From positions 26,950 to 90,949 of the forward strand of contig JAYPPO010000007.1 in NCBI GenBank assembly GCA_038131485.1: DNA of 64,000 nt, read 5' to 3'. A program made the translations under genes and the position numbers. This DNA is from Alphaproteobacteria bacterium (lineage in GTDB: Bacteria; Pseudomonadota; Alphaproteobacteria; MPNO01; UBA830). The notes under the pieces are model-generated. The model saw only the letters and a list, made by a program, of their open reading frames with translations, did no database searches and was not told the origin of the DNA. Positions 51,960 through 62,136 of the stretch are shown one piece after another. How positions within the stretch are numbered: position 1 is the stretch's first letter; each line of letters opens with the position of its first letter.

Positions 51960-52739
51960 CTAGCGTCCCCGATACCGGGCGGCGCGGCCTTCCCGATGAG
52001 CGGCTATGCCCTCATCGATGTCTTCCGACCATTCGAGTGCTTTTCGCAGCTCGTCAGACAGTGCTCGTGCATCTGCAAACCCCGGAGCCATCCGCGTGCG
52101 CAAGATACGTTTCGCGCCGCGCGTCGCGAGCGGCCCGTTCATGCCAATCATGCGCGCCTTCACGAGCGCTGCTTGTTTAACCGTACCACGGGGATGGCGC
52201 TCTTGGACGATGCCGAACCGTTCCATGTCCGACGCGCCAATCTCGCGGGCGGTGCAGATTAGGTCGAGCGCACGGGCGTACCCTACCGCCATTCCCAGCC
52301 GATGCGGCGCGCCAGCGCCGGGAAAACCGCCCCATTTAGCTTCCGGCATCGACATCGTTATGTCGTCGGCCGTGATCCGAATGTCGCAGGCCAGCGCAAG
52401 TTCGACGGCGCCCGCCATGATGTTGCCGTTGATTGCGGCAATGGTGATTTGCGGCAGGTCCGCGAGCGCGTCGAACACGCGGTTTGCTAGCATCACGAAG
52501 TTGATGACCTCGTCCTTCGACATTGCCGCGCGGATTTCCGGGTTGAGCAAGCCGAGAGAGAAAACCTCGTCTCCGGCGCCGGTCACCACCACGGCGTTCA
52601 CCGTATTGTCCGCTTCAATTTCGTCGACGATGTTTCCGAGCAACACCATCGAATCGGGCGTCAGCCGGTTGGCGTCGTCCGGGCGGTTAAGCGTGACGGT
52701 CGCGACGGCTCCGTTGCGCATGAGGTCGATGTCGGCCAT
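51960..52739 (-). CDS. Enoyl-CoA hydratase/isomerase family protein
   Basis: The ATG at 52739 gives MADIDLMRNGAVATVTLNRPDDANRL, with VVTGAGDEVFSLG and INGNIMAGAVELALACD. Confidence 0.8.
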   Translation of the reverse strand: MADIDLMRNGAVATVTLNRPDDANRLTPDSMVLLGNIVDEIEADNTVNAVVVTGAGDEVFSLGLLNPEIRAAMSKDEVINFVMLANRVFDALADLPQITIAAINGNIMAGAVELALACDIRITADDITMSMPEAKWGGFPGAGAPHRLGMAVGYARALDLICTAREIGASDMERFGIVQERHPRGTVKQAALVKARMIGMNGPLATRGAKRILRTRMAPGFADARALSDELRKALEWSEDIDEGIAAHREGRAARYRGR

Positions 52740-52836
52740 GGAATCCTCCCTGTTGGTGCCGAGCGTAGCACGAGAACGCGCAATTGCCGGAACCGCCGGT
52801 GACGCTACAATTCGCCTGGCGAAGGGGAGGAAGCCG

Positions 52837-54057
52837 ATGGACGCGAATACCGAGAGCCGTGGAAGAGCGTTGGTTGAACGAGCGCGCGAGCTGTTTGGGC
52901 TGCTAAACGAACAGGCGCCTATCGGCGAAGCAGCCGGGAGGCTGTCGCCGAAGACTGTCGCCGCCATGGATGATGCGGGTCTTACCGCGATGTGGGTGCC
53001 CGAGGATCTCGGCGGGGCGGAGTTGTGGCCGGTCAACGGTCTCAAGGTTATCGAAGCGCTCAGTTATGCCGACGGGTCGGCTGGCTGGGTCCTGATGGCG
53101 GCTGGACTCTGCATCGGGACCGGCGCCGCCTATATCGATCCCGGCGTTGCGCGCGAAATGTTTGGTGGCAGGGCGCCGATCATCGCCGGCCACGGCGCGG
53201 CAATGGGCCGCGCGGACATCGACGGTGACGAGGTCGTTCTGAACGGTTCGTGGTCCTATGGAAGCGGCCTTCTGCATTCGTCCTACATCCACACCGGCGC
53301 CATCGTCTACGAGAACGGTGCGCCCCGCATCGACCCTGCGACGGGCGAGCCGGAGTTCCGTGTTTTCGTCGTGCCCATCGAGGCGGCGGAAATTACCGGA
53401 AACTGGGACGTTATCGGTCTCAGGGCGACCGGCAGCGTTGATTACACTATCGAAAACGCGCGGGTCCCGCTTGCCTGCAGTCATCTGCAGCACATCAAGG
53501 TCCCGAATATTGGCGGCAGGGTCTACAAGCTTGGCATCTTCGGGTTCAGCAATATCGGCCATACCGGCTTTGCGCTCGGTGTAGGGCGCCGCTTGCTCGA
53601 TTTGCTGGCGTATATTGCGCGCGCAGAAGGAAAGCGACCCTTCGTTCTGCCGCAGCGAGGCGGCGGGGAGGCGTTTCAGGAACTTTACGGCGACGCGGAG
53701 GCGAAATTCCGCGCTGCTCGCGCCCTGGTCTATGAGGGATGGCGCGAGATGGAGGACGCGATCGCAGCGGAGGGTCCAATCCCGACCCGCAACTTCACGC
53801 TCATTCGCCTCGCGCTTAATCACCTGACGACGGTCGTCAACGAGATCGCGTCGTTCGCGTTTTCCTACGGCGGCGGAACAGCCTCGCGCCAGGGAACGTT
53901 ACAGCGTTTCGTCCGTGACATGATGACCGGCGCGCAGCACGCCCAGACCTCTCCGCAGATCCTCCGCGAATGCGCCAAGGACCTGATGGGTATGGCAGAA
54001 GGCAAGGTGTGGACGATGCGGTATCTGGTAGACCCCATGCGGGAGGCAGCGGAATGA
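52837..54057 (+). CDS. Acyl-CoA-dehydrogenase-fold flavoprotein (probable monooxygenase component)
   Basis: ATG at 52837 after GGGGAGGAAG. SAGWVLMAAG, LNGSWSYGSG and NWDVIGLRATGSVDY. The ORF track's 683-aa version includes a spurious N-terminus antisense to the crotonase gene. Confidence 0.75.
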   Translation: MDANTESRGRALVERARELFGLLNEQAPIGEAAGRLSPKTVAAMDDAGLTAMWVPEDLGGAELWPVNGLKVIEALSYADGSAGWVLMAAGLCIGTGAAYIDPGVAREMFGGRAPIIAGHGAAMGRADIDGDEVVLNGSWSYGSGLLHSSYIHTGAIVYENGAPRIDPATGEPEFRVFVVPIEAAEITGNWDVIGLRATGSVDYTIENARVPLACSHLQHIKVPNIGGRVYKLGIFGFSNIGHTGFALGVGRRLLDLLAYIARAEGKRPFVLPQRGGGEAFQELYGDAEAKFRAARALVYEGWREMEDAIAAEGPIPTRNFTLIRLALNHLTTVVNEIASFAFSYGGGTASRQGTLQRFVRDMMTGAQHAQTSPQILRECAKDLMGMAEGKVWTMRYLVDPMREAAE

Positions 54058-55276
54058 GCGGCGGTGCCGACGATATCCTGATCGCGGGCGGCGGCATCGG
54101 TGGGCTGACAATGGCCCTCGCGCTTCATGCGCGCGGTATTCCGTGCCGAATTTACGAGGGCGCGGAGGCATTCAAACCGCTCGGTGTAGGCATCAACATG
54201 CTGCCGCATGCGATCCGGGTGCTGTCGTCGCTGGGGCTGGAAGACGCGCTTAACTTCTATGGCGTCGAGGCGCGGGAATTCGCCTATTTCAACCGGCACG
54301 GGCAGTTTATCTTCGCCGAGCCGTGCGGTCGTTTCGCAGGCTACGAATACCCGCATTTCTCAATCCACCGGGCCGATCTGCACCAGGCTTTGTGCGATGC
54401 GGTATGCGACCGGCTTGGCCCGGATTCGATCATGCTCGGGCATCGGTGCGTCGGTGCGGAGCAGGCGGGCGAGCGCGTCGTGCTGCGGTTCGACCGTACC
54501 GAACCGGCCGAGGGCAGGGCGCTGATCGCTAGCGACGGTTTCCATTCCGCGATCCGTCGCCAGTTCTACCCCGACGAGGGGGCTCCGCAGTTCGGCGGCA
54601 TCAACAGTGGCGCGGCGTGACGCGGCGGAAGCCGTTTCTGAGCGGGGCGAGCGTCACGCGGGTCGGCACGGTCGCGCGTGGCAAGATGGTGATTTACCCC
54701 ATCCGCTCCTTCGACGATGGAACCCAGCTCATCAACTGGAACACCGAACAGCCGCGCGACGCCCCCAAGCCGAACGCCTGGGCGACGCCCGGCCGGATCG
54801 AGGATTTCATCGAGCCGTTTGCTGACTGGCGTTTCGACTGGCTGGATATCCCGAAGCTGATAGAGGACGCGGAATTCATTCTCGAGTATCCGATGGTAGA
54901 CCGGGATCCGGTGGACCGGTGGACATGGGGCCGGATCGCGCTGCTCGGCGACGCGGCGCATCCGATGTACCCGCGCGGCGGCAACGGCGGCGCTCAGGCG
55001 ATACTCGACGCGGAATGTCTGGCGCGTTTGCTCGACGAGACGGAGCAACCCGAACAGGCATTCCGCGCCTACGCGGCGGAGCGGATCGAGATCGTGAGCA
55101 GGATCGTGTTGACGAACAGGGCGCAGCCGCCGGACTACATCATCGAGACGGTCGAGAACCTGACCGGCGGCGAGCCGTTCGACCGCATCGAGGATGTTAT
55201 AGATCCCGCGGAGCTTGCCGCGATTTCCGACCGCTACAAGGAGATCGCACGCTACAGCAAGGAAGCGGTCCGGTAG
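54054..55276 (+). pseudogene. FAD-dependent aromatic-ring monooxygenase (salicylate-hydroxylase-like), single frameshift at ~54605
   Basis: The ATG at 54054 overlaps the upstream TGA. ILIAGGGIGGLTMALAL (GxGxxG). ..FGGIN then (M)WRGVTRRKPFL lies in the next frame. The late FAD motif GRIALLGDAAHPMYPRGGNGGAQAILDA is intact. Confidence 0.8.
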
Positions 55277-55291
55277 GGACCGAGATCCCTC

Positions 55292-57676
55292 CTAGATCTT
55301 CCCAAGCGCCTGCAGCACCTTCTTCGGCGTGAACGGCATCGAGGTAATCTTAGCGTCGAACGGCGAAAGCGCGTCGTTCAGCGCGTTCATCACACAAGCC
55401 GGTGCGCCGCATGTGCCGGCTTCACCTGCGCCCTTTGCGCCGAGGTCTGAGTCCGCCGTCGGCGAGACCACGTGCCCGCAGTCGATGTCGGGCAGTTCTG
55501 CCGCCATCGGCACCAGATAGTCGGCCAGGTTGGCGTTCAGCATCTGGCCGTCCGCGTCGTAGAGGCACTCCTCCCACATCGCGCCGCCGAGACCCTGCAC
55601 CACGCCGCCGCGGATCTGTTCGTCAACTAGAAGCGGGTTGATGACGGTGCCGCATTCCTCGATGCACCAGTGCCGCAGCAGCTTGATGAAGCCGGTCTCG
55701 ACGTCGACCTCCAGATACGAGGCCTGCGCGCCGTTGGTAAAGGCGAACGGGTACTTGCGCGGCACGTAATGGCGCGTCGCCACCAGCTCGGACTGGAAGC
55801 CGTCGGGCAGCGTATCTGGGCGATAGTAGCAGATGCGCCCGACCTCATCGAGGCCGATGCGCTCGTTGCCGGTGTCCGCGTCGACGACGACGCCGTTCCG
55901 GATGTCGAGCTTCGCGGCGTCCTCCTGCAGCATCGCGCCCGCCGCAACGAGGATCTGTTCGCGTAGTGCGCGGCCGGCCTGGGCGACTGCTTCGCCGCCG
56001 ATGCCGGCAGCGCGCGACCCCCATGTACCGCCGCCGTAGGGCGTATGCTCGGTGTCGCCGGTGATGATCTTGAGCCGCTCTGGCGGTACGCCGACGGCGG
56101 TCGCCGCGACCTGCGAGATCACCGCTTCCATGCCCTGGCCCTGCTCGGTCGCGCCGGTTGAGACGAAGACGTTGCCCTTCGCGTCGAGCCGAAGAGTCGC
56201 GCCGTCTTGCGCCGAGATGCGCGCGCCGCCGACACCGTAGAACGCCGCCGACGGGTTGGTCACCTCGATGAAGCTCGCGAAACCGATGCCGCGATAGATG
56301 CCTTCTTTGCGTTTCTCGTCCCGGTCGGCTTTCAGCGCCTCGTAGTCCATCGCTTCGAGGAGCGTCTTCATGCTCTCCTCGTGCGACAGGTTCTCGAAAG
56401 GCAGCCCCTGCGCCGACTTGGTCGGATACGCGTCGTCCGGGTGGAAGTTCTTCTGGCGAATCTCGACCGGGTCCATTCCGACCACCTTGGCCGCCGCATC
56501 GACCAGGCCTTCGGTGACCGCGCACATGATCGGGTGCCCAACGGCGCGGTACTGGCACATCATGTTCTTGTTCTGGAATACGACCGTTGCGACGGCGCGG
56601 TAATTGTCGAACCGGTAGGGGCCGCCGATCATGTTGACGACCTGGTTCGCCTCGATGCCGCTGGTCCGAGGATACATCGAGTAGGGCCCAATGCCCGTCA
56701 GGTCGTCGATCTCGAAGGCGACGATGGTGCCGTCGTTCTTGACCGCGATCTTGCCTTTGACGCGGTGGTCGCGCGCGTGAATATCGGTAACGAAGCTTTC
56801 CATCCGGTCAGCGACGAACTTCACCGGTCGTTTCAACATGATCGAAAGCCCGACGGTGGCGATCTCGTCTGCATAGGTATGTACCTTGATGCCGAACGAA
56901 GCGCCGACGTCTCGCGTGATCACCCGGACACGGTGTTCGTCTAGGTGGTAATGGGTCGCCAGAATATTCTGGATCATGTGTGGGCACTGGTTGTTATGCC
57001 ATACGGTGAGCTGTTCCTCGGACGGCTCGAAATCGGCGACCAGCGCGCGTGCTTCGAGGCAGACGCCGGTATGGCGGCCGAAGACGAACGTCTCCTCGAC
57101 GACGTGATCGGCGTTCGTATAGGCCGCGTCGACGTCGCCGATGTTTGCGTTGCGCCGCCAGGTCAGATTGTCACCCAAATCGTCGTGGATGACCGGGGTG
57201 GAGGCGTCGAGTGCCGTTTCCGCATCGGTTACGGCGGGCAGAACCTCCCAGTCGATCTCGACCAGCTCCACGGCGTCTTCCGCGTGGGCACGGCTGTCCG
57301 CGACGACGGCGACCACCCCCTCGCCCTGCCAGCGGGCCGTGTCGATCGGCAACGCATATTGCGGCGCCGACTTGATGCCTTCCAGATGCGTCAGGACGCC
57401 GACCCAGGGGTCATGAATTTTGGCAAGTTCTTTGCCGGTAACGACAGCGACGACGCCCGGCGCGGCCTTGGCCGCATCCGTCGAAATCGATTTCATGCGC
57501 GCGTGCGCGTAAGGAGACCGCACGAACGCAACATGGACCATGCGTTTGAGCTCGACGTCGTCGACGAATGTGCCGCGGCCCTGGGCGAGTCGCGGAGCAT
57601 TGGGCCGGGGGACCGAGCGCCCGATATAGGAGTTCGGCCGATCGAGAATCCAGCGGTCCGTGATCATGTCGGTCAT
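55292..57676 (-). CDS. Xanthine-dehydrogenase/CoxL-family molybdopterin-binding large subunit
   Basis: The ATG at 57676 overlaps the stop of the 2Fe-2S gene. 794 aa, intact. RSPYAHARMKSI, and an active-site loop MMCQYRAVGHP. Confidence 0.9.
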   Translation of the reverse strand: MTDMITDRWILDRPNSYIGRSVPRPNAPRLAQGRGTFVDDVELKRMVHVAFVRSPYAHARMKSISTDAAKAAPGVVAVVTGKELAKIHDPWVGVLTHLEGIKSAPQYALPIDTARWQGEGVVAVVADSRAHAEDAVELVEIDWEVLPAVTDAETALDASTPVIHDDLGDNLTWRRNANIGDVDAAYTNADHVVEETFVFGRHTGVCLEARALVADFEPSEEQLTVWHNNQCPHMIQNILATHYHLDEHRVRVITRDVGASFGIKVHTYADEIATVGLSIMLKRPVKFVADRMESFVTDIHARDHRVKGKIAVKNDGTIVAFEIDDLTGIGPYSMYPRTSGIEANQVVNMIGGPYRFDNYRAVATVVFQNKNMMCQYRAVGHPIMCAVTEGLVDAAAKVVGMDPVEIRQKNFHPDDAYPTKSAQGLPFENLSHEESMKTLLEAMDYEALKADRDEKRKEGIYRGIGFASFIEVTNPSAAFYGVGGARISAQDGATLRLDAKGNVFVSTGATEQGQGMEAVISQVAATAVGVPPERLKIITGDTEHTPYGGGTWGSRAAGIGGEAVAQAGRALREQILVAAGAMLQEDAAKLDIRNGVVVDADTGNERIGLDEVGRICYYRPDTLPDGFQSELVATRHYVPRKYPFAFTNGAQASYLEVDVETGFIKLLRHWCIEECGTVINPLLVDEQIRGGVVQGLGGAMWEECLYDADGQMLNANLADYLVPMAAELPDIDCGHVVSPTADSDLGAKGAGEAGTCGAPACVMNALNDALSPFDAKITSMPFTPKKVLQALGKI

Positions 57677-58152
57677 CACGCGTCTCCCTTGGCGCGCGCC
57701 ATCGCGACCGCGTCGACGATGGCCTGGTATCCGGTGCAGCGGCAGAAGTTGCCGGAGATGAATTCGCGGATTTCCTCGCGGCTCGCATCCGGCTTGCGTT
57801 CCATCAGCTCGGCAACCGTCAGCAGCATGCCGGGCGTGCAGAAGCCGCACTGCAGCGCGTTGCGCTCGACGAATGCGTCCTGCAGTGCCTTGATTTCGCC
57901 CGTTTCAGTGACACCCTCGATGGTCCAGACGTCGCTGCCGTCGGCCTGGGCGGCGACCATCAGGCAGCCGCGGACGATGCGTCCGTCGACGCGGACGGTG
58001 CAGGCGCCGCAGACGCCATGCTCGCAACCGACATGGCTGCCGGTAAGGCCCAGCTCGTAGCGCAGGAAATCGACGAGGTTGGTGCGGGCTTCGACGCGGC
58101 GCGTGACGGTCTCGCCGTTGACGGTCATGGTTACGTCGACGTTCTTGTCCAT
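57676..58152 (-). CDS. (2Fe-2S)-binding small subunit of Mo hydroxylase (CoxS-like)
   Basis: GCEHGVCGACTV and CGFCTPGM..CRCTGY cluster motifs. 158 aa. Confidence 0.9.
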   Translation of the reverse strand: MDKNVDVTMTVNGETVTRRVEARTNLVDFLRYELGLTGSHVGCEHGVCGACTVRVDGRIVRGCLMVAAQADGSDVWTIEGVTETGEIKALQDAFVERNALQCGFCTPGMLLTVAELMERKPDASREEIREFISGNFCRCTGYQAIVDAVAMARAKGDA

Positions 58153-58154
58153 GA

Positions 58155-59012
58155 TCAGGCTCCTGCCAGCGGGCCGAGGGTGCGTTTCACCAGAACGCCT
58201 GCCAGATGTTTGCGCATCGGCCCGTCCGCGTTGAGGTCCTCCGGTGGATCGAGCTCCTGCTTCAACGCCGCCGACAGATCTTCGGCCAGCGCGTCGCTCC
58301 AGCTCTTGCCCTTGATGAGGGCGGCTGATTTCGGCGCGGCAACGGGCCGGTCGCCCGCGCCGAAGAACACCAACCGGCCGTCGCCGAAGACGTTGCCATC
58401 GTGCTCGACGTGGGCGCACAGCCCGATAATGGCGTAGTCCCCGTGCCGCCGCGCGAGCTCGAGGAAACCGGATCTCCAGCCGGTTGCAATCTTTGGCACG
58501 GAGACGGCGGTAAGAATCTCGCCGGGTTCGATCGCTGTCTCGTATAGCCCCCGGAAGAAATCCGCCGCTGCGACGGCGCGTTCGCCGCCTTTACCGGCGA
58601 TGTGCATTGTCGCGTCGAGGGCCACCGCGCAAGCGGGCAGTTCCCCCGCCGGGTCGGCGAACGCGATCGACCCGCCGAAGGTACCGCGATTGCGGATCGC
58701 CGGGTGCGCGATGTGTTCCATCGCGGCGGCGATCAGCGGCGCGTGGGTCGCGACCGCGTCCGAGGTCTCGATGTCCACGTGGCGAGTCATAGCGCCGATG
58801 CGAATTGCGTCTCCCGTATCCTCGATGTTTGCAAGTCCGTCGATCCGGTTTAGGTCGATAAGGATTTCAGGCGCCGACAGGCGCATATTGAGCGTCGCCA
58901 TCAGGCTCTGTCCGCCCGCAAGCAGACGCGCGTCATCGCCGTGTTCAGCAAGAAGCGCCAGCGCGTCGTCGAGCGTAGACGCGCGCGCATATGCGAATGG
59001 TGCCGGTTTCAT
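58155..59012 (-). CDS. FAD-binding medium subunit of Mo hydroxylase (CoxM-like)
   Basis: MKPAPFAYARASTLDDALALLAEHGDDARLLAGGQSLMATLNMRL and RNRGTFGGSIA. Confidence 0.85.
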   Translation of the reverse strand: MKPAPFAYARASTLDDALALLAEHGDDARLLAGGQSLMATLNMRLSAPEILIDLNRIDGLANIEDTGDAIRIGAMTRHVDIETSDAVATHAPLIAAAMEHIAHPAIRNRGTFGGSIAFADPAGELPACAVALDATMHIAGKGGERAVAAADFFRGLYETAIEPGEILTAVSVPKIATGWRSGFLELARRHGDYAIIGLCAHVEHDGNVFGDGRLVFFGAGDRPVAAPKSAALIKGKSWSDALAEDLSAALKQELDPPEDLNADGPMRKHLAGVLVKRTLGPLAGA

Positions 59013-59216
59013 GCTGTCTCCCCTTCATCGGACTGCATTTTTGGTGTGCAGCCCTTTCTTCAAATTGACCGTAAAAACCACCTCAGATCAAGACGGGCGG
59101 ATCGGCACTCGATTGTCCGCGGGTTGTTCACGTATGCGTCGCCAAGGCCTATGATCGGCTTGAACGGTTCTAAACCTGGAACTATCGAGGGTCCGGGACA
59201 AAAAGGGAGAAGCACC

Positions 59217-59648
59217 ATGAGCCTCAGTTCTCTTGACCATTGCTCAATTCGCACGGTCAAGCTGGAGGAAACCCGCGATTTCTACGTCGATATACTCGGG
59301 ATGGTCGACGGCGACCGGCCTGATTTTCCGTTTCCGGGCGCCTGGCTCTATGTCGACAGCGTCGCCGTCGTCCACCTCGTCGGCGTCGATCCAGACGATC
59401 CTTCGGGACTGCAGCAGTATCTAGGCGGCGACATCAGTGCCGAGGCGCTTGACGGCTCGGGGGCGTTCGATCACATCGCCTTCCGGGCGCGCGAGCCCGA
59501 GAAGCTGATCGCCCGGCTCAAGGACAAGGGTTATCCGTTCAAGGAGCGCCAGGTCCCTAACATGGACCTGTTTCAGGTTTTCGTCGACGATCCTAACGGG
59601 ATCACGGTGGAGCTCAACTACTGGGCGGAAGACCAGAAGGCGGCCTGA
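59217..59648 (+). CDS. VOC-family (glyoxalase/extradiol-dioxygenase fold) protein
   Basis: ATG at 59217 after AAAGGGAGAAG. LDHCSIRTVKLEETRDFYVDILGM and FDHIAF. Confidence 0.8.
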   Translation: MSLSSLDHCSIRTVKLEETRDFYVDILGMVDGDRPDFPFPGAWLYVDSVAVVHLVGVDPDDPSGLQQYLGGDISAEALDGSGAFDHIAFRAREPEKLIARLKDKGYPFKERQVPNMDLFQVFVDDPNGITVELNYWAEDQKAA

Positions 59649-59650
59649 CG

Positions 59651-60853
59651 ATGGCAGAAGCGCCCGCGATTATTGCCGGTTTGGCCACGCCCTCCCGCGA
59701 GGAGATGGTTGAGCGCGCGCATGCGATGACCGCCAAACTCGCTGCGCGTGCGAACGACGTCGAACGCGCGCGGGAAATCCACCCCGATACCGTAAAGGAC
59801 TTTTGGGACACCCGGCTGTGGACCGCGCTCAAGCCGAAACGCTACGGCGGGCTGGAACTCGACTACGGCAGCATCATTGACTTGTCGGATCCGATCGCGC
59901 GTGGCTGTGCGTCGACTGCCTGGATCTATGTGAACCTGCTGAGCCACGACTGGATGCTGCCGATGTGGCGTCCTGAGGCGGAGGACGAAGTTTGGAAGGA
60001 CAGTCCGACGGCGCTGATCGCCTCGTCGCTTGTTGCGACCGCGGGTGTCGCGAAGCCGGTCGCGGGCGGTTATGAGATTTCCGGACAATGGCCTTACTGC
60101 AGCGGCATCGATCCCAGCGACTGGATGATGATGGCTGCCATGATCGAGGACGATGGTCCTCGCCGGCCGTTGTGGCTCGTCGTGCCGCGCGACGCCCTCG
60201 AGGAAATCGATACCTGGCACGTCGGCGGTCTTGTAGGGAGCGGCAGCCGTGACGTGAAGGGTGAGGGGATTTTCGTACCCGAGCACATGACGCTGTCTCC
60301 CGCCGACGCGCGGGGGGGGCCGACGCCGGGTTCGGCGCACGTGCCGAACATCCTTTACCAGCTTCCCGTACTCGGCTTGTTTCCGCATATTCTGCTCGGC
60401 CCGATGATCGGCATCGTGCAGGGTGCTTACGACGACTATGTGGCGGAAATGCGCGAGCGCCTATCGACCTACAACAATTCGCGTCTGGCGGAACATACCC
60501 AGATCCAAATGCGCGTCGCGGAAGCCGCCTCCTTGGTCCAGGCGGCGCGCCTTCTCGGTCACGACAACATCCGGGAAGGCGAGGCGGTTGCTAATTCCGG
60601 CCGCGTGCCGACGGTCGCCGAAAAGGTCCGCTGGCGGCGCGACGGCGCGTTCGCCGCGCAGAACTGCGTCAAGGCGCTTCAACTCCTTCAAGGTGCGGTC
60701 GGCGCGGCGGGGATTTACCTGTCTCATCCATTTGAGCGCCGGATTCGCGACATGAATGCCGCCGCCACCCAGATCCAGATGAATTTCGACATCAACGGCG
60801 CCGAGTTCGGCCGGGTCGAGCTCGGCCTCGAGCCCGTAAACAAGGCCATCTGA
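59651..60853 (+). CDS. Acyl-CoA-dehydrogenase-fold flavin-dependent monooxygenase (HsaA/C2-type oxygenase component)
   Basis: Intact 400 aa. KRYGGLELD, GCASTAWIY, GGYEISGQWPYCSG, TWHVGGLVGSGSRDV. Paralogue of 41913-43124. Confidence 0.75.
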   Translation: MAEAPAIIAGLATPSREEMVERAHAMTAKLAARANDVERAREIHPDTVKDFWDTRLWTALKPKRYGGLELDYGSIIDLSDPIARGCASTAWIYVNLLSHDWMLPMWRPEAEDEVWKDSPTALIASSLVATAGVAKPVAGGYEISGQWPYCSGIDPSDWMMMAAMIEDDGPRRPLWLVVPRDALEEIDTWHVGGLVGSGSRDVKGEGIFVPEHMTLSPADARGGPTPGSAHVPNILYQLPVLGLFPHILLGPMIGIVQGAYDDYVAEMRERLSTYNNSRLAEHTQIQMRVAEAASLVQAARLLGHDNIREGEAVANSGRVPTVAEKVRWRRDGAFAAQNCVKALQLLQGAVGAAGIYLSHPFERRIRDMNAAATQIQMNFDINGAEFGRVELGLEPVNKAI

Positions 60854-60862
60854 GGAACCGCC

Positions 60863-61462
60863 ATGCCCCGACTTCCCGCGCTGTCTCCCCGAGAACTGGA
60901 GGAGCTCAAGGACGATCTCCAGCTCGTGACCGAGAACCTCGGCGGCACGCTGCCCAACAGCATGCTGACGCTGGGCCGGCGTCCGAAGATCATGAACGCG
61001 GCGCGCAATCTCTGGTTGGAGACCGTCATAGAGCCCGGCGAAGTGCCGCGCGGGCTCAAATGGCTGATTGCGCATGTCGTCAGCGTTTCCGCGGGATGCC
61101 AGTACTGCGCAGCGCATACAGGCGAGAACTCGAATATCGCCGATATTCCGGCCGAGAAGATCGAGGCTGTCTGGGACTACGAACGCAGTCCTCTGTTCAC
61201 CGACGGCGAGCGCGCCGCGCTCCGCGTCGCACAGGGGGCGGCGCAGGCACCCAACGAGGTCACCGACGCCGATTTCGAGGAACTTCGCAAGCACTGGGAC
61301 GACGGACAGGTGGTCGAGATCATCGCGACGATCTCCGTCTTCGGTTTCTTCAACCGCTGGAACGACACTATGGCGACCGAGCTCGAGTCCAATCCCCTTC
61401 GATTCGCCGAAAAGCACCTGTCGCCCGCCGGCTGGAATGTCGGAAAGCACGCAGCCGAGTAA
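60863..61462 (+). CDS. Carboxymuconolactone-decarboxylase/AhpD-like family protein
   Basis: 199 aa with the CxxC-containing motif SAGCQYCAAHTG. Confidence 0.8.
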   Translation: MPRLPALSPRELEELKDDLQLVTENLGGTLPNSMLTLGRRPKIMNAARNLWLETVIEPGEVPRGLKWLIAHVVSVSAGCQYCAAHTGENSNIADIPAEKIEAVWDYERSPLFTDGERAALRVAQGAAQAPNEVTDADFEELRKHWDDGQVVEIIATISVFGFFNRWNDTMATELESNPLRFAEKHLSPAGWNVGKHAAE

Positions 61463-61559
61463 GCTGCTGCAACTGCCACAAGACCTTCCTCGCGCCTAAG
61501 CGGCATTGATCGGGCCAATTTTCCCGTCTTGAAGCGCCAGCCGATGCGTGGCATAAGAT

Positions 61560-61581
61560 AATTGTTGATCAGTCAACAATT
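61560..61581. promoter_or_regulatory. 9-4-9 perfect inverted repeat (operator candidate) upstream of the second Mo-hydroxylase operon
   Basis: AATTGTTGA-TCAG-TCAACAATT, 60 nt upstream of ATG 61642. An extra half-site-like TCAAC lies 9 nt downstream. Confidence 0.4.
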
Positions 61582-61641
61582 AGATATATCAACGTTTTCC
61601 GGCCGGTTGGGCGGCCGGTCCCTGAGTTAGGGTGACGGGAC

Positions 61642-62136
61642 ATGAAATCGCTTGTTTCAATGACGGTGAACGGCAGGCAGCGCGACGATGCAGTATCGGG
61701 CAACCTGCTTCTCGTCGATTACCTGCGCGAGGTGGTCGGGCTAACCGGCACCAAGATTGGCTGCGACGGTGGCGAATGCGGCCTTTGCACCGTGCTCGTC
61801 GACGGCAAGGCGCAGCATGCCTGCCTGACGCTGGCCGCGACATGCCAGGGCAAGTCGGTCGAGACTATCGAATCGCTGGCCGACGGCGGCCGGCTCAACG
61901 CGATCCAGCGCGGCTTCCACGAGAAGCTCGGCGCGCAGTGCGGTTACTGCACGCCCGGCATGGTGATGGCCGCCGAAGGCCTGCTGCGCGAGGATCCAGA
62001 TCCCGACGAATCGACAATCCGAACGGAAATGGCGTCCAATATATGCCGCTGCACCGGTTACGTGAAAATCATCGAGGCCGTGCAGTTTGCGGCGGACGAG
62101 ATCAAGCGCAGCGGCAAGGACAAGGCGGTGGCGTGA
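61642..62136 (+). CDS. (2Fe-2S)-binding small subunit of Mo hydroxylase
   Basis: GCDGGECGLCTV and CGYCTPGM..CRCTGY motifs. The stop overlaps the next ATG. Confidence 0.9.
   Translation: MKSLVSMTVNGRQRDDAVSGNLLLVDYLREVVGLTGTKIGCDGGECGLCTVLVDGKAQHACLTLAATCQGKSVETIESLADGGRLNAIQRGFHEKLGAQCGYCTPGMVMAAEGLLREDPDPDESTIRTEMASNICRCTGYVKIIEAVQFAADEIKRSGKDKAVA

Noticed and set aside
52006-54057. 683-aa plus-strand ORF.
   Set aside because: The first ~277 codons are Ser/Ala/Arg-rich nonsense antisense to the crotonase gene (51960-52739). A proper RBS and ATG at 52837 gives a normal-length ACAD-fold protein.
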